64,000 nucleotides of DNA from Candidatus Bathyarchaeota archaeon (lineage in GTDB: Archaea > Thermoproteota > Bathyarchaeia > Bathyarchaeales > Bathycorpusculaceae): positions 416,001 through 480,000 of the forward strand of contig CAVZJV010000014.1 of assembly GCA_963775685.1 (NCBI GenBank). Direction: 5' to 3'. Below, piece by piece: positions 33,199-44,573 of this stretch. The notes under the pieces were generated by a model. The model was not told the DNA's origin, ran no database searches, and was given only the letters and a program-made list of their open reading frames with translations. Every line of letters begins with the position of its first letter. Positions within the stretch are counted from its first letter, which is position 1. Both the position numbers and the translations under genes were made by a program.

Positions 33199-33314
33199 AT
33201 TACTAAATAGCGTTTTGCAAAATTCAATTGAATCCTTTCGTCTATCTATTTTGAAGGTAGCGATTGTGGTCTCATTCATGCAACAACACAGTCTTAACTA
33301 TCCGTTGAGGGTAG

Positions 33315-33572
33315 ATGCGAAACGGACATGAAAATATGATATCTGCAGTAGTTTTAGTAAATACTGACTTAGGTTCTCAAGACCAGATAGTAGAAAACAT
33401 AAAGCTTGTTGAGGGAGTTGAAGAAGCGCATGCCTTATACGGCGTTTATGACCTGTTAATTAGAATCAAAGCCATATCATTTGACAAACTTAAAGAAACA
33501 ATCAAATTAAAGATAAGAAATCTGGTGGGTGTAACTAGCTCGCTAACATTGATGGTTGTTGAAGACCGCTAA
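33315..33572 (+). CDS. Lrp/AsnC ligand-binding domain protein
   Basis: AVVLVNT...GVEEAHALYGVYDLLIRI...IRNLVGVTSSLTL. Confidence 0.85.
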   Translation: MRNGHENMISAVVLVNTDLGSQDQIVENIKLVEGVEEAHALYGVYDLLIRIKAISFDKLKETIKLKIRNLVGVTSSLTLMVVEDR

Positions 33573-33605
33573 AATCAACTTTGCCCTATTTTTTAAGGGA
33601 CTGGA

Positions 33606-33848
33606 TTATGGCGTGAAAACGATTACAGCTCCATCTTCAATTTTCATGCTTAAACCATGCTTCTGTAGAATTGGTTTAATGCAGTCCCAAGAACCGCTAT
33701 CAAAAGCACAGCTCATCTTTATCTCAAAGCCATTTGAATTTTCAAAAATCTGAGAAGTAGAATCCAAAGAAACCTGACTCATCGAAACCGTTTCCCATAG
33801 CGCTTCATATATTTCGTGAAGAACCTCTATGGCTTTAATTCTATTAAT
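33606..33848 (-). CDS. hypothetical protein (80 aa), probable ATT start
   Basis: open frame INRIKAIEVLHEIYEALWETVSMSQVSLD...CIKPILQKHGLSMKIEDGAVIVFTP after a GGGGA SD-like site. Confidence 0.5.
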   Translation of the reverse strand: MNRIKAIEVLHEIYEALWETVSMSQVSLDSTSQIFENSNGFEIKMSCAFDSGSWDCIKPILQKHGLSMKIEDGAVIVFTP

Positions 33849-33976
33849 TTAAAGTCCCCCGGCAATATTACTGTTTGAGGGTGTACGCACTTAAGATTTG
33901 GCCTATTACCGCAGACAAGCCCTAACTAAAAAAGCATAAAAAATTTTGAATTGTTACCGGTACACCAATTTACCGT

Positions 33977-36900
33977 TTATTTCTTTGGGGGGGGGAAACG
34001 CAAAATAAATTTCGTTCCTTTGCCATTTTGACTCTCAAAGGCTATAGTACCGCCCAACGCTTCAGTAATTCGCTTAACAACGGCCAACCCGAAGCCTTGA
34101 CCTTTAGATTTAGTCGTGAACAAAGGCGTAAACAACTTAGGCTTAACTTCGTCGGGAATCCCAACGCCCGTATCTTCAACAACTAAAACTACGGCGGCAT
34201 CTATATCCTTAAAAGCCCTCACAGATAAGTTGCCACCATCTGGCATAGCTTGAATAGCGTTATTCACCAAATTATCCAAAATACGCTTCAATAAATCAGG
34301 ATCACCTATCACACATTTTGCTTCTTTCTCGACAATGCAAGAAACCATGATGTTTGCTGGGAAATGCTTCGTAGAACATGCATGCTCGATTACTTTGTCC
34401 AAGTCAGTTTCTCTTGCAGTAGGTCTAAGCGGTCTAGCATAATCCTGCAAGTCACCTACAATCTTGTTAATGTAATCGATGTTCTTTTCGATTTCTTGTA
34501 GACTTTCCATGACGTTGTTTTTCTCTGGAGTATCTAGAGCTGTAGCTAACTCTGTCTTTGCTAAGTAGACATCGCTGGTTATGGCTTGCAGGGGATTGCG
34601 AACATCGTGTCCAACCATACCTGCTGTCTCGCCAACTGCCGCCAACCGCCGGGCTTGATCCAATTCATTTATGTCTATAAACGCTAAAACAGCACCATCA
34701 ATCTTGCCTTTTTCATCAAAATAAGGCCTAACACGCATTTCATATAAGCGCCCATCTTTGTCTCTGACGCTTTGAGCAATATTGTCTTTGGTTACAATAA
34801 CGCCTGAGAGGGTTTTCTCTAAATTCTCAATATTTATTCCCAAGCTCACGCTGGTTATTGGAAGACCAATCTGTAGTGCCATAAGTTTTAGAATTTTTTG
34901 AGCTGATGGATTGAAAAGTCTAATCTTCAAGTCTACATCAACCAAAATAACAGCTGAATCAACATTCTCACTAATGTTTGTCAAGTCGGCATTAAGACGA
35001 GAGATGACTTGATTTCGTTCTTTAAGTTCGTCATTGAGCGTTGTTAGTTCCTCATTGGTCGATTGGAGCTCTTCTTTGGCAGTTTCCAACTCTTCGTTAG
35101 TGCTTTGCAGCTCTTCGCTGGTTGATTGAACTTCCTCCATAGCGGCTTTCAATTCTTCATTGGTTGTTTCCTGTGCCTCAATAATTGACTGGAACGATTG
35201 TTTGGCTAAGTCTGCTTCCTCTCTTTGTTCAAGAATTTGGCGGTCTTTAGCGCTTTCTCGACCTTCAGGAGTCGAGGTAAGCTCTATGGCTTGCCTCAAA
35301 TGTGCGGCTGCTGAACTCACATCTTCAAAAAGCACCAAAAAGAAAGGTTCTTCATACTGCATTATTTTGACTGGAGTGACTTGAATGTTGGCTGTCAATG
35401 GATTGGATTGATAGTTAAACCTTATTGCTTCTTCCCTGGTTGGTTTGTTTTCTTTTTTTGCCTTATAAATTAGAGTTTGAACCGTTGCCCTGACTTCTTT
35501 GCGAAGAACCTTAGCCAAGTTAAGACTAGCGTCTCCCGATTCAAGTTTTATGTAAGGCGCAACGTTCCCGCGGGTAATGATTACATCCAGGTTATTGTTT
35601 ACCAGAAGGGAAGCAGGAACATATTCCGTTAAAAGTAGTTTGTCAATTTGCTCTCTGATAAGTGAAACAGACTCTTTTCTCTCAGACAAAGGAGCTACTC
35701 CTTTCTTTTGACCAGCGTAAGTTTCAAAGCCAAATGCTAACTGAGGACGTGCCTTCTTCTTTACGTATATTATTCCCCTTGCAGTTTGAGATTCAAATAA
35801 GTTTGTTAGTTTACCTATACTTTCAGATTCGCCCAAATCAAGAAAACCGTTGGGTTTTAAAGCATAATGCAAGATGGGAATTACTTTTTCTTGAAGTTGC
35901 GAATTAAAATAGAAAGTATATTCGGCAACTGACCAGGTCCAAATTCGAAAATGGTGGGTCAGCCGTAACATCTTGCTTTGAGAATACACAAAGTTCGCGA
36001 ATGGCCTTTGATATTCGGTAACCGCCGTTAAAGTTATTGAAGTATTTTTTAAGTTGCGCTTCTGAGACGTTTGCCTCTATGGTTTTTGGGTATATTCCTT
36101 GACGCGCTCTATCTATATTTTTTTGATTGACATCCGTGCCAAAGACTTGGATAGGAATACCTGTTAATGATTTTTCTTCTAAAAATTCAAGTAAGGCTAT
36201 CGTGAATGAGTAAGCTTCTTCACCTGACGAGCAGCCTATGACCCATACACGGATGGCTTGCTGATTTGTCTTGCCTTTGACAAGTTCAGGGAACACTTTT
36301 TCTTTTAGAAGGGTGAAGGTATTTGGTTCTCTGAAAAGGTTTGTGACGCCTACCAGCAAATCGTCAAAGAGTTTTTGAAGCTCATCAGGATGCTTCTTCA
36401 CATAATCACAATATTCCTTAATATTATTTATGTGGTTTAATACCAAGCGGCGTTTGATGCGACGATTTAGAAAAGCTTCTTTGTAGTGAGAGAAATCAAC
36501 TTTGAAATTAGTCTTCAATAAGGAAAATAACGACCCTGAAACGGGTTTATTTTTGTTTTCGGCGGCTTCTATTTCAGCACGAATTAACTGGGGATTGCTA
36601 GCTATTTTTGAAAGCTCCTGAGCGATTTGACCTGGTGAAAGCACTAAATCCGCTGCTTCGGCAGATATAGCGCTTTGAGGCCATCCCTGTGTACTGGGCG
36701 GTTTTTGGGTCTTGCGCGATAGTTATTCCGCCTTCATTTTTAATTTCTCTAAGTCCCTCGGTTCCATCGGTGCCAGTGCCTGAGAGCACTATGCCTATAG
36801 CTTGAGTTTTTCGCTGTTGGGCTATGGAGTCAAAAAATGCGTCTATCGGTTTTAATGAGGCTCCTTTAGGAATCAATTTGAGGCTTTCTCCATCAAGGGT

Positions 36901-37212
36901 CATTATTTTTCCAGAGGGGATAACGTAGACGGTGTTGGGTTCTGTCTGCATTTCATTTGTAACTGCGTAAACGGGCATTTTGGTTGAACGGGCAAGAATG
37001 CTGGGCAGCATACTTTCTTGTCCTGTGGCTAAGTGCTGCACGATGACAAATATTAAGTCCGTGTTTAGCTCAAGCTTTTGAAGTATTGACGTGATGTCTT
37101 CTAAGCCGCCTGCCGAAGCGCCGATACCAACAATTGGAGTACCTTGCTTGTTTTGGTTTGAAATAGATTTCTTATTGGACAGCTTGGCTTTTTCCTTCTT
37201 TTTTTCGGAAAT
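33977..37212 (-). pseudogene. CheB/CheR/PAS/histidine kinase fusion, split by frameshifts (~36681, ~35915)
   Basis: CheB GIGASAGG, VQHL, LSGTGTDG; CheR RVWVIGCSSGEEAYS; EELQSTNEEL coiled coil; HDVRNPL, NLVNNA, DTGVGI, GFGL boxes. Confidence 0.88.
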
Positions 37213-37522
37213 TTTGTTCCACCCTCCATTAGAATCTAAACTTGCTGTTGAGATAGCCCTAGACGCACATTGCTTATACCGATACACAAGATGACTGCAT
37301 AAAAAGCTATGTGTATGGTACGGATAAGGGATGTTAGAGTTTTCCTTTTTTGTTTCTCCCAGATTTCGACCGTAATACAGGTCAATGCCCAATGTCATCC
37401 TCATTTCTCGGCAATATGTACTCACCGAATTCTTTCCTAGCGCTTAATCAATAAGAAATTGACTCAGAAATTTTGAATTTTGTCTTTAACTTTAAATTTT
37501 AGCTGGGGGACTATACCCGTTT

Positions 37523-39157
37523 CAGACGGTGTAAAAACTCGGAGTTTAGAAACAAGTGTTCTTGACTTCAACTCTCATCTAGCATCTGGTTGCTACTTTT
37601 GTCTTGCTTTTCTTAGGTCTTCACCAGAGCCATTAACTTTCCAACGCCAAGAATATTGATGTCCCTTAGCATGTTGTAAGCAAGCATCGTAAAGCCCACC
37701 TCACCTTTAACCTTCCTTAGACCCTTCAAGAGCAAGTACCTCTGATTGAATGCCCGCTTCATGGTTCCAAAAGGATGCTCTACCAACATCCGACGCAACC
37801 GCAACTTCCCTTTCCCCTCAGAACTCTCAAGCCTTGCTCTGAGCCTATCAACCGCACCCTGATACTCCCATCTCACCATTATCCTACCCCGCCTATTCCT
37901 AGTACACTTACTTCTAGAAGTGCAATAAGAACAGAAACCTGTTCTGTAATGCCTACCATTTTCAGGGTTATTCTTGAAACTGCCCTTCCAAAACCCCAAT
38001 TCCTTCCCAACAGGACAAACATAAACGTCTTTGACCTCATCGAAGATAAACCGTTCAGAGCCAAACTCAGGCTCCGGCACACCTACACTCTTAGTCGGAT
38101 TGAAAGCTGGAATCGGCATGAACACTGTTATCCCAGTTTCTTCACATTTAACGAGGTCATTTGCAACGTAGAAGCCTTTGTCACTCAAAACTTCCAATTG
38201 ATCAACGCCAAGCACATGTTTCGCAGCCTTAGCATCAGTCGTTAACTGATGATGGTCAGTTGAATTATTGATAACATCGTAATCCACGATTAAATGCTGC
38301 TTCGCATCAACAGATGCCTGAATGTTGTAGCAGATTTCAAGCCTTTGACTATCTACCCGCATCAAACGGCTATCAGGATCCACAAGCGAAATCTCCTTCT
38401 GGCCTGTTGCCTTCATTTGGCCTTGAATCTGCTCGTACCGTTGCTTTTCTTCTTCAAGTTTGCATATTTTCTCCTTAAGCTCATCGACATTGGTGCTTTC
38501 ATCTTCATCTGAATCAGCTGTGTCGTTTTGGTCCATTTCTTTGAGGTACTCTGCTATCTTTTCTTCTGTTTGTTTGAGCCTCAAAGCGACTGTTTTCTCA
38601 TTGAGGTTATTGCTCTTCGAATTGACAGCCCTGAATTTGGTTCCATCAATGGCTACCAGTTGAGCACCGTAAAGATCAAGGCTTCTGCAGAGGTAAACGA
38701 ATTCTTTGAAGACAGGTTTAATGCAGTCAACGTTGTCTTTTCTGAAGTCAGCTATGGTTTTATGGTCTGGCGAGAGCTTCTTCATGAGCCACATGACCTC
38801 GACGTTGCGGTGGCATTCTTTCTCTAATTTCCTGCTGGATCTTACTTGGTTGAGGTAGCCGTAAACGTAGAGCTTGAGCAAATCTGAAGGGTTGTAGGAG
38901 GGTCTTCCAGTTTCAGCTACTACTGAGTGTTTGAATCCGAGTTTTTCCAGGTTTAGGCTGTCGATGAAGGCGTCGATGAACCTGACAGGGTTGTCCTTGT
39001 CAACGTACTTGTCGATTGTATTGGGAAAAAGCACTGTTTGGTCTCTGTTTGTTCCGATTACATGTTCGCTCATGGGTTTTCAGTTGTTCTAAGGATAGTC
39101 TAGATTTAAGGTTAACGGACACAAAGCCAGCAGGAAGGAGACTTTTCACACAGTCTG
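37523..39157 (-). mobile_element. IS1182-family insertion sequence (copy A)
   Basis: TIRs cagacggtgtaaaaact / acttttcacacagtctg; 4-bp flanks gttt/attt. Confidence 0.9.
37613..39073 (-). CDS. IS1182-family transposase
   Basis: GRPSYNP, SSRKLE, PDHKTIADFR, AIDGTK, DKGF, VEHPFGTMKR. Confidence 0.93.
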   Translation of the reverse strand: MSEHVIGTNRDQTVLFPNTIDKYVDKDNPVRFIDAFIDSLNLEKLGFKHSVVAETGRPSYNPSDLLKLYVYGYLNQVRSSRKLEKECHRNVEVMWLMKKLSPDHKTIADFRKDNVDCIKPVFKEFVYLCRSLDLYGAQLVAIDGTKFRAVNSKSNNLNEKTVALRLKQTEEKIAEYLKEMDQNDTADSDEDESTNVDELKEKICKLEEEKQRYEQIQGQMKATGQKEISLVDPDSRLMRVDSQRLEICYNIQASVDAKQHLIVDYDVINNSTDHHQLTTDAKAAKHVLGVDQLEVLSDKGFYVANDLVKCEETGITVFMPIPAFNPTKSVGVPEPEFGSERFIFDEVKDVYVCPVGKELGFWKGSFKNNPENGRHYRTGFCSYCTSRSKCTRNRRGRIMVRWEYQGAVDRLRARLESSEGKGKLRLRRMLVEHPFGTMKRAFNQRYLLLKGLRKVKGEVGFTMLAYNMLRDINILGVGKLMALVKT

Positions 39158-39424
39158 ATTTGGGTCTGAGACCCTGGGGGCCCGCAAACCCCCGTACGAA
39201 TATGTACTTTTTAGATTAAGGGAAAAAAGATCACCACTCTTCTTTACAGACACCCATTTTTTCTTTTTTTAGGAAACTTCCCAGCCACAAACCGAGTCTT
39301 AGAATGGTTTTTGCAGTTTTACAGGCGGGCTATCTATTTTTACGCCTAGAACTAGAGTTCAGCACCCTCTTTGGGTGATAAGCTTATTAGACTTTTGGAG
39401 TTACAAGATAACTAGGCGATTATT

Positions 39425-39868
39425 TTGGGAGTTAAAGAAAATCTAGAGTTGATGAAAACACTTGATGATGCCTGGAACGCAGGGCCAAATAGCCCATTAT
39501 GGGAGACTTTTAAGAAACGCCACCGAGAAGACGTCAAAGTGTACTGGCCAGCCCAACCGCTTCCCACAATTGGACGCCACAACCACGACGTCGAAGCCAC
39601 AGAATTCTTCAAAACATTTGACAACAAACTAGTCAATAACCCCTATAAGATCATTTTTGGAGAGGGAGATCATACATGTACCGTTGCTGATTGGACTGTA
39701 ACCATGAAAGGACCCATGAAAGGTGCAGAAGGAAAAATGATTCCGTCAACTGGAAAAACGGCGAAACTCGAATTCTGCACAGTCGCCACATGGAAAAACG
39801 GCGAAATCATCGAAGAGCGTCTATTCTACGATGTTGTCGGCTTCATGAAACAACTTGGCCTAATGTAG
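39425..39868 (+). CDS. SnoaL-like ester cyclase / NTF2-fold protein
   Basis: LDDAWNA...TGKTAKLEFCTVATWKNGEIIEERLFYD. Confidence 0.8.
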   Translation: MGVKENLELMKTLDDAWNAGPNSPLWETFKKRHREDVKVYWPAQPLPTIGRHNHDVEATEFFKTFDNKLVNNPYKIIFGEGDHTCTVADWTVTMKGPMKGAEGKMIPSTGKTAKLEFCTVATWKNGEIIEERLFYDVVGFMKQLGLM

Positions 39869-39931
39869 GCCAAGACCTCTTTTTTAAAATGTTTTTAAGA
39901 ATCGTTATTTACTGCTTTGCAGTAGTATTTT

Positions 39932-40815
39932 ATGGAGCGGTTTTTGTTGGAACGAAAAGTCGAAAAAATTTTAGAACAAAGACTAACTCTTGAAGGCGCC
40001 GGAGTGAAACTAAGACGCGTTCTTGGCAATGATGATGACTCCACACTTGATCCGTTTCTGCTCCTAGATCATTTTGGCTCAGAAAACCCCAAAGACTACA
40101 TCAAAGGTTTTCCTTGGCATCCACATAGAGGAATGGAAACAGTCACATACATGTGGACAGGCGAAGTTGAACATGGCGACAGCATGGGCAATAAAGGCGT
40201 CATCGAATCTGGAGATGTACAATGGATGACTGCTGGATCAGGCATTATTCATCAAGAAATGCCCCAAAAATACGACGGTTTAATGCAGGGCTTCCAATTA
40301 TGGGTAAACTTACCCGCAAAGAAAAAGATGGTTAACCCCAAATATCGAGGAATAGAAAAAGAACAAATTCCGATGGTCCAGAAAGATGGCATGAAGATTA
40401 AAGTCGTAGCTGGAGAGATCGATGGAACACGGGACCAGTTCGGGAATTAGCAATCGACATTAAATATTTTGATGTAGAGTTAACTTCAGGAAAAACATTC
40501 GAACATGCAACTGCAAAGGATGATACGGTTTTTGCTTACATTGTCGAAGGCTCCGTTGATGCTAAAGGTAAAACAATAACCCAGGGTCAGTGCGCAGTCT
40601 TTGGGAAAGGCGATTTAGTCAAGATAAGTTCAAAAAACGGAGCTCACTTTCTTTATGTGTCAGGTGAATCATTGAATGAGTCTGTGACTTGGAGAGATCC
40701 TATAGTAATGAATACTGAAGAAGAATTAGCTATAGCTTTCGAAGAGCTGGACGCTGGCACTTTTATCAAAACAAAAAGTTCTTTAAACCCTGATCAAAAA
40801 ATCGATGTGATGTAG
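39932..40815 (+). pseudogene. pirin family protein, -1 frameshift in a G-run at ~40431
   Basis: DPFLLLDHF, GFPWHPHRGMETVTY, QWMTAGSGIIHQE, QLWVNLP; C-terminus PIVMNTEEELAIAF in another frame. Confidence 0.85.
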
Positions 40816-40817
40816 AT

Positions 40818-41156
40818 ATGAGTGCAAGAAAGAAAATACCAGTTGAGAGTAAAAAGAAAAGCACTTTTCATGATAGGCTAGATAATAAAGACAAAGCATT
40901 TGTTCTTTTCTACGCGACCTGGTGCCCATTTTCCCGGGCGTTTTTGCCAACCTTTGAGGAGTATTCAAAGAGCAATCCGGATGAGTGCTTAAGTGTTATT
41001 GTCGATGAAGAGCCTGACTTATGCGAAGAATACGGCATAGAATATTATCCAACAGTGTTAGTGTTCAAAAAAGGAAAAGTGCACAAGCGCTTAGACGCAG
41101 AGCCTTATGTAGGTTTAAGCAAAAAACAGCTTAAGGACCTTACTGAAAAACAGTAA
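40818..41156 (+). CDS. thioredoxin-fold protein (WCPFS)
   Basis: VLFYATWCPFS...YGIEYYPTVLVFKKG. Confidence 0.85.
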   Translation: MSARKKIPVESKKKSTFHDRLDNKDKAFVLFYATWCPFSRAFLPTFEEYSKSNPDECLSVIVDEEPDLCEEYGIEYYPTVLVFKKGKVHKRLDAEPYVGLSKKQLKDLTEKQ

Positions 41157-41173
41157 GGAACCTCAAGCGCGCC

Positions 41174-42264
41174 GCTTTGTCCCTAAATTAGGTATTGAAG
41201 TAAGTCGGTGATACAGCTTTCTCGTGTCTCCCAATTTTTTGAGCTGCTTCTCTATTGAGCACTAAACACAGAATACTACACAATGCATAGAACGTCACTT
41301 GCGCTAATTCCCTGACCTTATTGTTAGCCATGCTAAACTGCGTCTTTAGGAAACTGTTAACTGCCTCAATCAGCGGTCTCTTATGATACGCCGTCTTATC
41401 CTCTAAAGACCCATAAGTCCTAAACTTCCTATCAACCCGCAACAAACCCTCCACACCCTTACGATGATTAGCAGGATATGGAATAGTTGCCTTCTCAACA
41501 GCACACCTGAGCTTAGAATCGCTATATTGGCTATCCGCTACTACACTTCTAACTTTAGCTTTACAGTGTTTGAGAATTCCCTTGGCCTTTTCAAGTAGAG
41601 CCAGTGAATGTTTCTTTTAGTTTTGGTTTGCAGAGACAAAAACGCTTGACAGCGGCAACATGGTTTTGTGGTCGATGATAGGTGCATTTTGTAGCCCAGT
41701 GCATATGATCGACCCGATCTGCCAACTCTGGCTTGAGCATCTGAGAAGCCGATCTGGTTATCTGTTGGGTGACGTGTGCTCCAAGCCTTGATAAACGAGG
41801 CATCCAACACAACATCAACTTCGCTGCTTTGCTGAGATTTGAGCAGTTTGATTACTTTTTGATCGATTATTCTGTTGAGTTTGTCTTGGCCTACTCGTTT
41901 GCTGAATCGGCTCATTACGCTTCGGGTGTAACCTTTTTGGTTGTCTTTGATTAGGCAGAGCTTTCTAATTCTTAAATCAGTGTTTAGGATGCGTGTCATT
42001 TCTTTTAGACTACGTATCGCTTTCATTCGCATAATTAAGAATGCTCGAAATAGTCCCAGTGGGTTTCTGGGTCGTCTTCCTGGGCCGCTTGTGTGGAAGC
42101 ACTGTTTTATTAGGTTATTCGCAAAGCTTAAGTCTACGTTTTTGAAGAGGGTTTCAAGGGTCTCGTGTTCATCCTGTCTCGCAGGGATCACTTCCTTGTG
42201 TGATTGGTTCTCAATGACACGAGGCCCGTTTCTAGTTATAAGCTTTTCAATTTAGGGACAAGCC
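41174..42264 (-). mobile_element. IS5/IS4-like DDE insertion sequence with inactivated transposase (41188-42191)
   Basis: 13-bp perfect TIR core ttgtccctaaatt / aatttagggacaa; VVLDASFI, GYKMH, VADSQY, RPLIEAVNS; -1 shift near 41677 and in-frame TAA (ANQN*KKH). Confidence 0.85.
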
Positions 42265-42552
42265 AGCACTCTGTCTGGAATCAACTAAAAACTTCTTTCT
42301 TGGTCTACATACTGTAATTGAGCATTCCGATGATTGGGCTCGGCTTCAATTGCTTCGTGATATACCTGTTTTGCTTGTAAAAGGAAAGGACTCAACTAGG
42401 GACAATCAGGGTATAGTGGATTTGCTTTTTCAAAATCACTGGACCAAAATTCAAGAGTCCTGGTTTTGCCAGATTGTCATGCGTGCCATACTGTTGCCCG
42501 AGACGAGTTCATCAAAGAACTAGAAATAGTTTATAGCAAAAAATGCAATAGT
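42265..42552 (+). pseudogene. alpha/beta-hydrolase C-terminal relic abutting the IS end
   Basis: LRDIPVLLVKGKDS...VLVLPDCHACH...DEFIKELE. Confidence 0.4.
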
Positions 42553-42755
42553 TGAGGGTTAGGGACCCAGACTCGTTTCGGGGGGTGAGCCCGTTCCGGC
42601 CCACTTATTGCAAAGGAGATATTCAGGATTCAGTTAAATAATTACGCGCATCACTTCAATTGATGATTACAGCCAAAATATCTTGGAATAACTTGTTTTT
42701 TAATTCCCAATTCGATGAGCCGCTATTTTATTAAAACGAGCAAACATTTAGTTTA

Positions 42756-43838
42756 TTGATAGGCATGAACCTGGAAGATGTCGCCAAGCTTCGGTTGATT
42801 AATCATCAGATTGCTTATTCAGCTACCAAAGAACCCGGTGAAGTTGTCGCTTCGCTTGGCGCCATGCAGGCTCAAGATTATCAAGCGGCACTCTGGGCTA
42901 TTGGTCTTCGCGCCAAAGAAGTAACTTTGCCAGAGGTGGAATCAGCGATAGCTAACAGGGCAATCGTCCGAATTTGGCTGTTACGGGGCACATTGCATTT
43001 CGTAGCACCCACTTATGTTCGTTGGATGCTAAAGCTGTTAGGACCACAAATTATTGCAAGTAGTGCTGGACGCCACCGTCAGCTGAAATTGGATGAGGCA
43101 ACTTTTAGGCGGTCCGAGGAACTATTTGTTGAAGCTCTGCAAAATGGTCAGTTGACTCGAGATGAAATGTTTAAGGTTTTGGAAAAAGGAGGTATTTCTC
43201 CTGAGGGTCAACGGGGTTACCATATTCTTTGGCGAGCAGCTCTGAAAGGGTTGATTTGTTTTGGTCCACAAAAGGGCAAGGAGCAGACTTTCGCTTTGCT
43301 CAATCAATATGTACCAAAAGGCAAGAGCATGAAACAGGACGAAGCGTTGGGTGAACTTGCGCGTTGTTATTTTTCAAGTCGGGGTCCAGCGTTGCTTGAG
43401 GATTTTGCTTGGTGGTCAGGGTTGAATCTGTCCAATGCTAAGATAGCTTTGGAAACAGCGTCTTCTCGGCTCAGGTCAGAAACAATCGAAGGGAAAAGAT
43501 ATTGGATGCCCCAAAATATGCCCGAAAATGGAAAAGAGTTGGCAACAGCGTTTCTTTTGCCAGCTTTCGATGAGTATATCCTCAGTTACAGAGACCGAAC
43601 CGTTACACTTGAACAGCCTCATTTTAAGAAGGCAGTATCAACCAACGGCATCTTCTACCCCACAATTATCTTTAATGGCAAAGTAGTGGGAACATGGAAG
43701 CGTACGTTCAAGAAAAGCAACATAGTCATTATGCTCAGCCCGTTTAAGACATTAACCCCAACACAAAGAAGTTCAATTGCTTTAGCAGCGAAACATTACA
43801 GCAGATTTATGGAAATGCCGGTAACAATCACAAAATAA
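42756..43838 (+). CDS. AlkZ-like (HTH_42) DNA glycosylase
   Basis: GAMQAQDY (QxQ motif), RxWLLRGTLH, GPALLEDFAWWSGL, LLPAFDEYILSY, GKVVGTW. Confidence 0.88.
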   Translation: MIGMNLEDVAKLRLINHQIAYSATKEPGEVVASLGAMQAQDYQAALWAIGLRAKEVTLPEVESAIANRAIVRIWLLRGTLHFVAPTYVRWMLKLLGPQIIASSAGRHRQLKLDEATFRRSEELFVEALQNGQLTRDEMFKVLEKGGISPEGQRGYHILWRAALKGLICFGPQKGKEQTFALLNQYVPKGKSMKQDEALGELARCYFSSRGPALLEDFAWWSGLNLSNAKIALETASSRLRSETIEGKRYWMPQNMPENGKELATAFLLPAFDEYILSYRDRTVTLEQPHFKKAVSTNGIFYPTIIFNGKVVGTWKRTFKKSNIVIMLSPFKTLTPTQRSSIALAAKHYSRFMEMPVTITK

Positions 43839-44573
43839 GATCACTATTATGCTGAAAGCGATTCGAACTCCAATTCGGGTAAGTGCCCAATGCAAACCTG
43901 GATTCTTCAGTATGCTCACCTAACTCTTTTTCCAAACGCTTGTTCATTTTAGATTTTTTGCTTATTTGGTAGCGCGTGCTCAGAATAGTTAAAACAAGTT
44001 ATGAAGCGTACTGGCGTGATGGATACCCCGAGCATCTAACTTCCTCAATGAAGGTGAAAGAATAATTCTCTCAAAGAAATCACTCAGACGCGCACACGAT
44101 GAACCTGAAGCTTTCTCATCTTCGTTATTCAGCCGAACATGTTCCTAACCTGCCCTTCTGTCATAGCAACCACGAAGGAAACGCAAACGACGATACCATT
44201 CGCGTAACAGATGGTGGAATTATCAAGAAACATAGGGCTCTACCGTTGCCTCAAAACAAGTTGATCCGCCTGGTCCATAACTTCCCAGTTAATCAAAACG
44301 TTGTTACAGAATTTTGGTGCAGAAGCGCGATATATGACTATCCATTTTATTGGATAACGAGATTTGGGTTATCGCAAAATAAACAAAAATGGAATGCCCA
44401 AATAGAAAGCTGGGTAACCAAAGGTGCTCCCTTTATTATTCACAATTTAGTCATGAAAAAACACAAAGGTATAGCCTGTAAATCGAAAAAGATTGTCAGT
44501 GGGTTTTAGGAAAGATTTTAATAATTTGTTAGTTTATGGACATTTAACATTTGTTTTCTTTTTAGGTGGGTAA

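Noticed and set aside
37775-38827. Overlapping ORFs inside IS1182 copies (also 51428-52492)
   Set aside because: Antisense shadows of the transposase, conserved only because the IS copies are similar.
41541-41700. Programmed frameshift in the IS5-like transposase
   Set aside because: No slippery A-run at the shift, and a downstream nonsense codon shows the gene is dead.
44099-44509. 136-aa plus-strand ORF as a cluster member
   Set aside because: No motif and atypical composition; the minus strand has only a faint, stop-riddled resemblance to a GNAT/FemAB-like relic that I cannot support.
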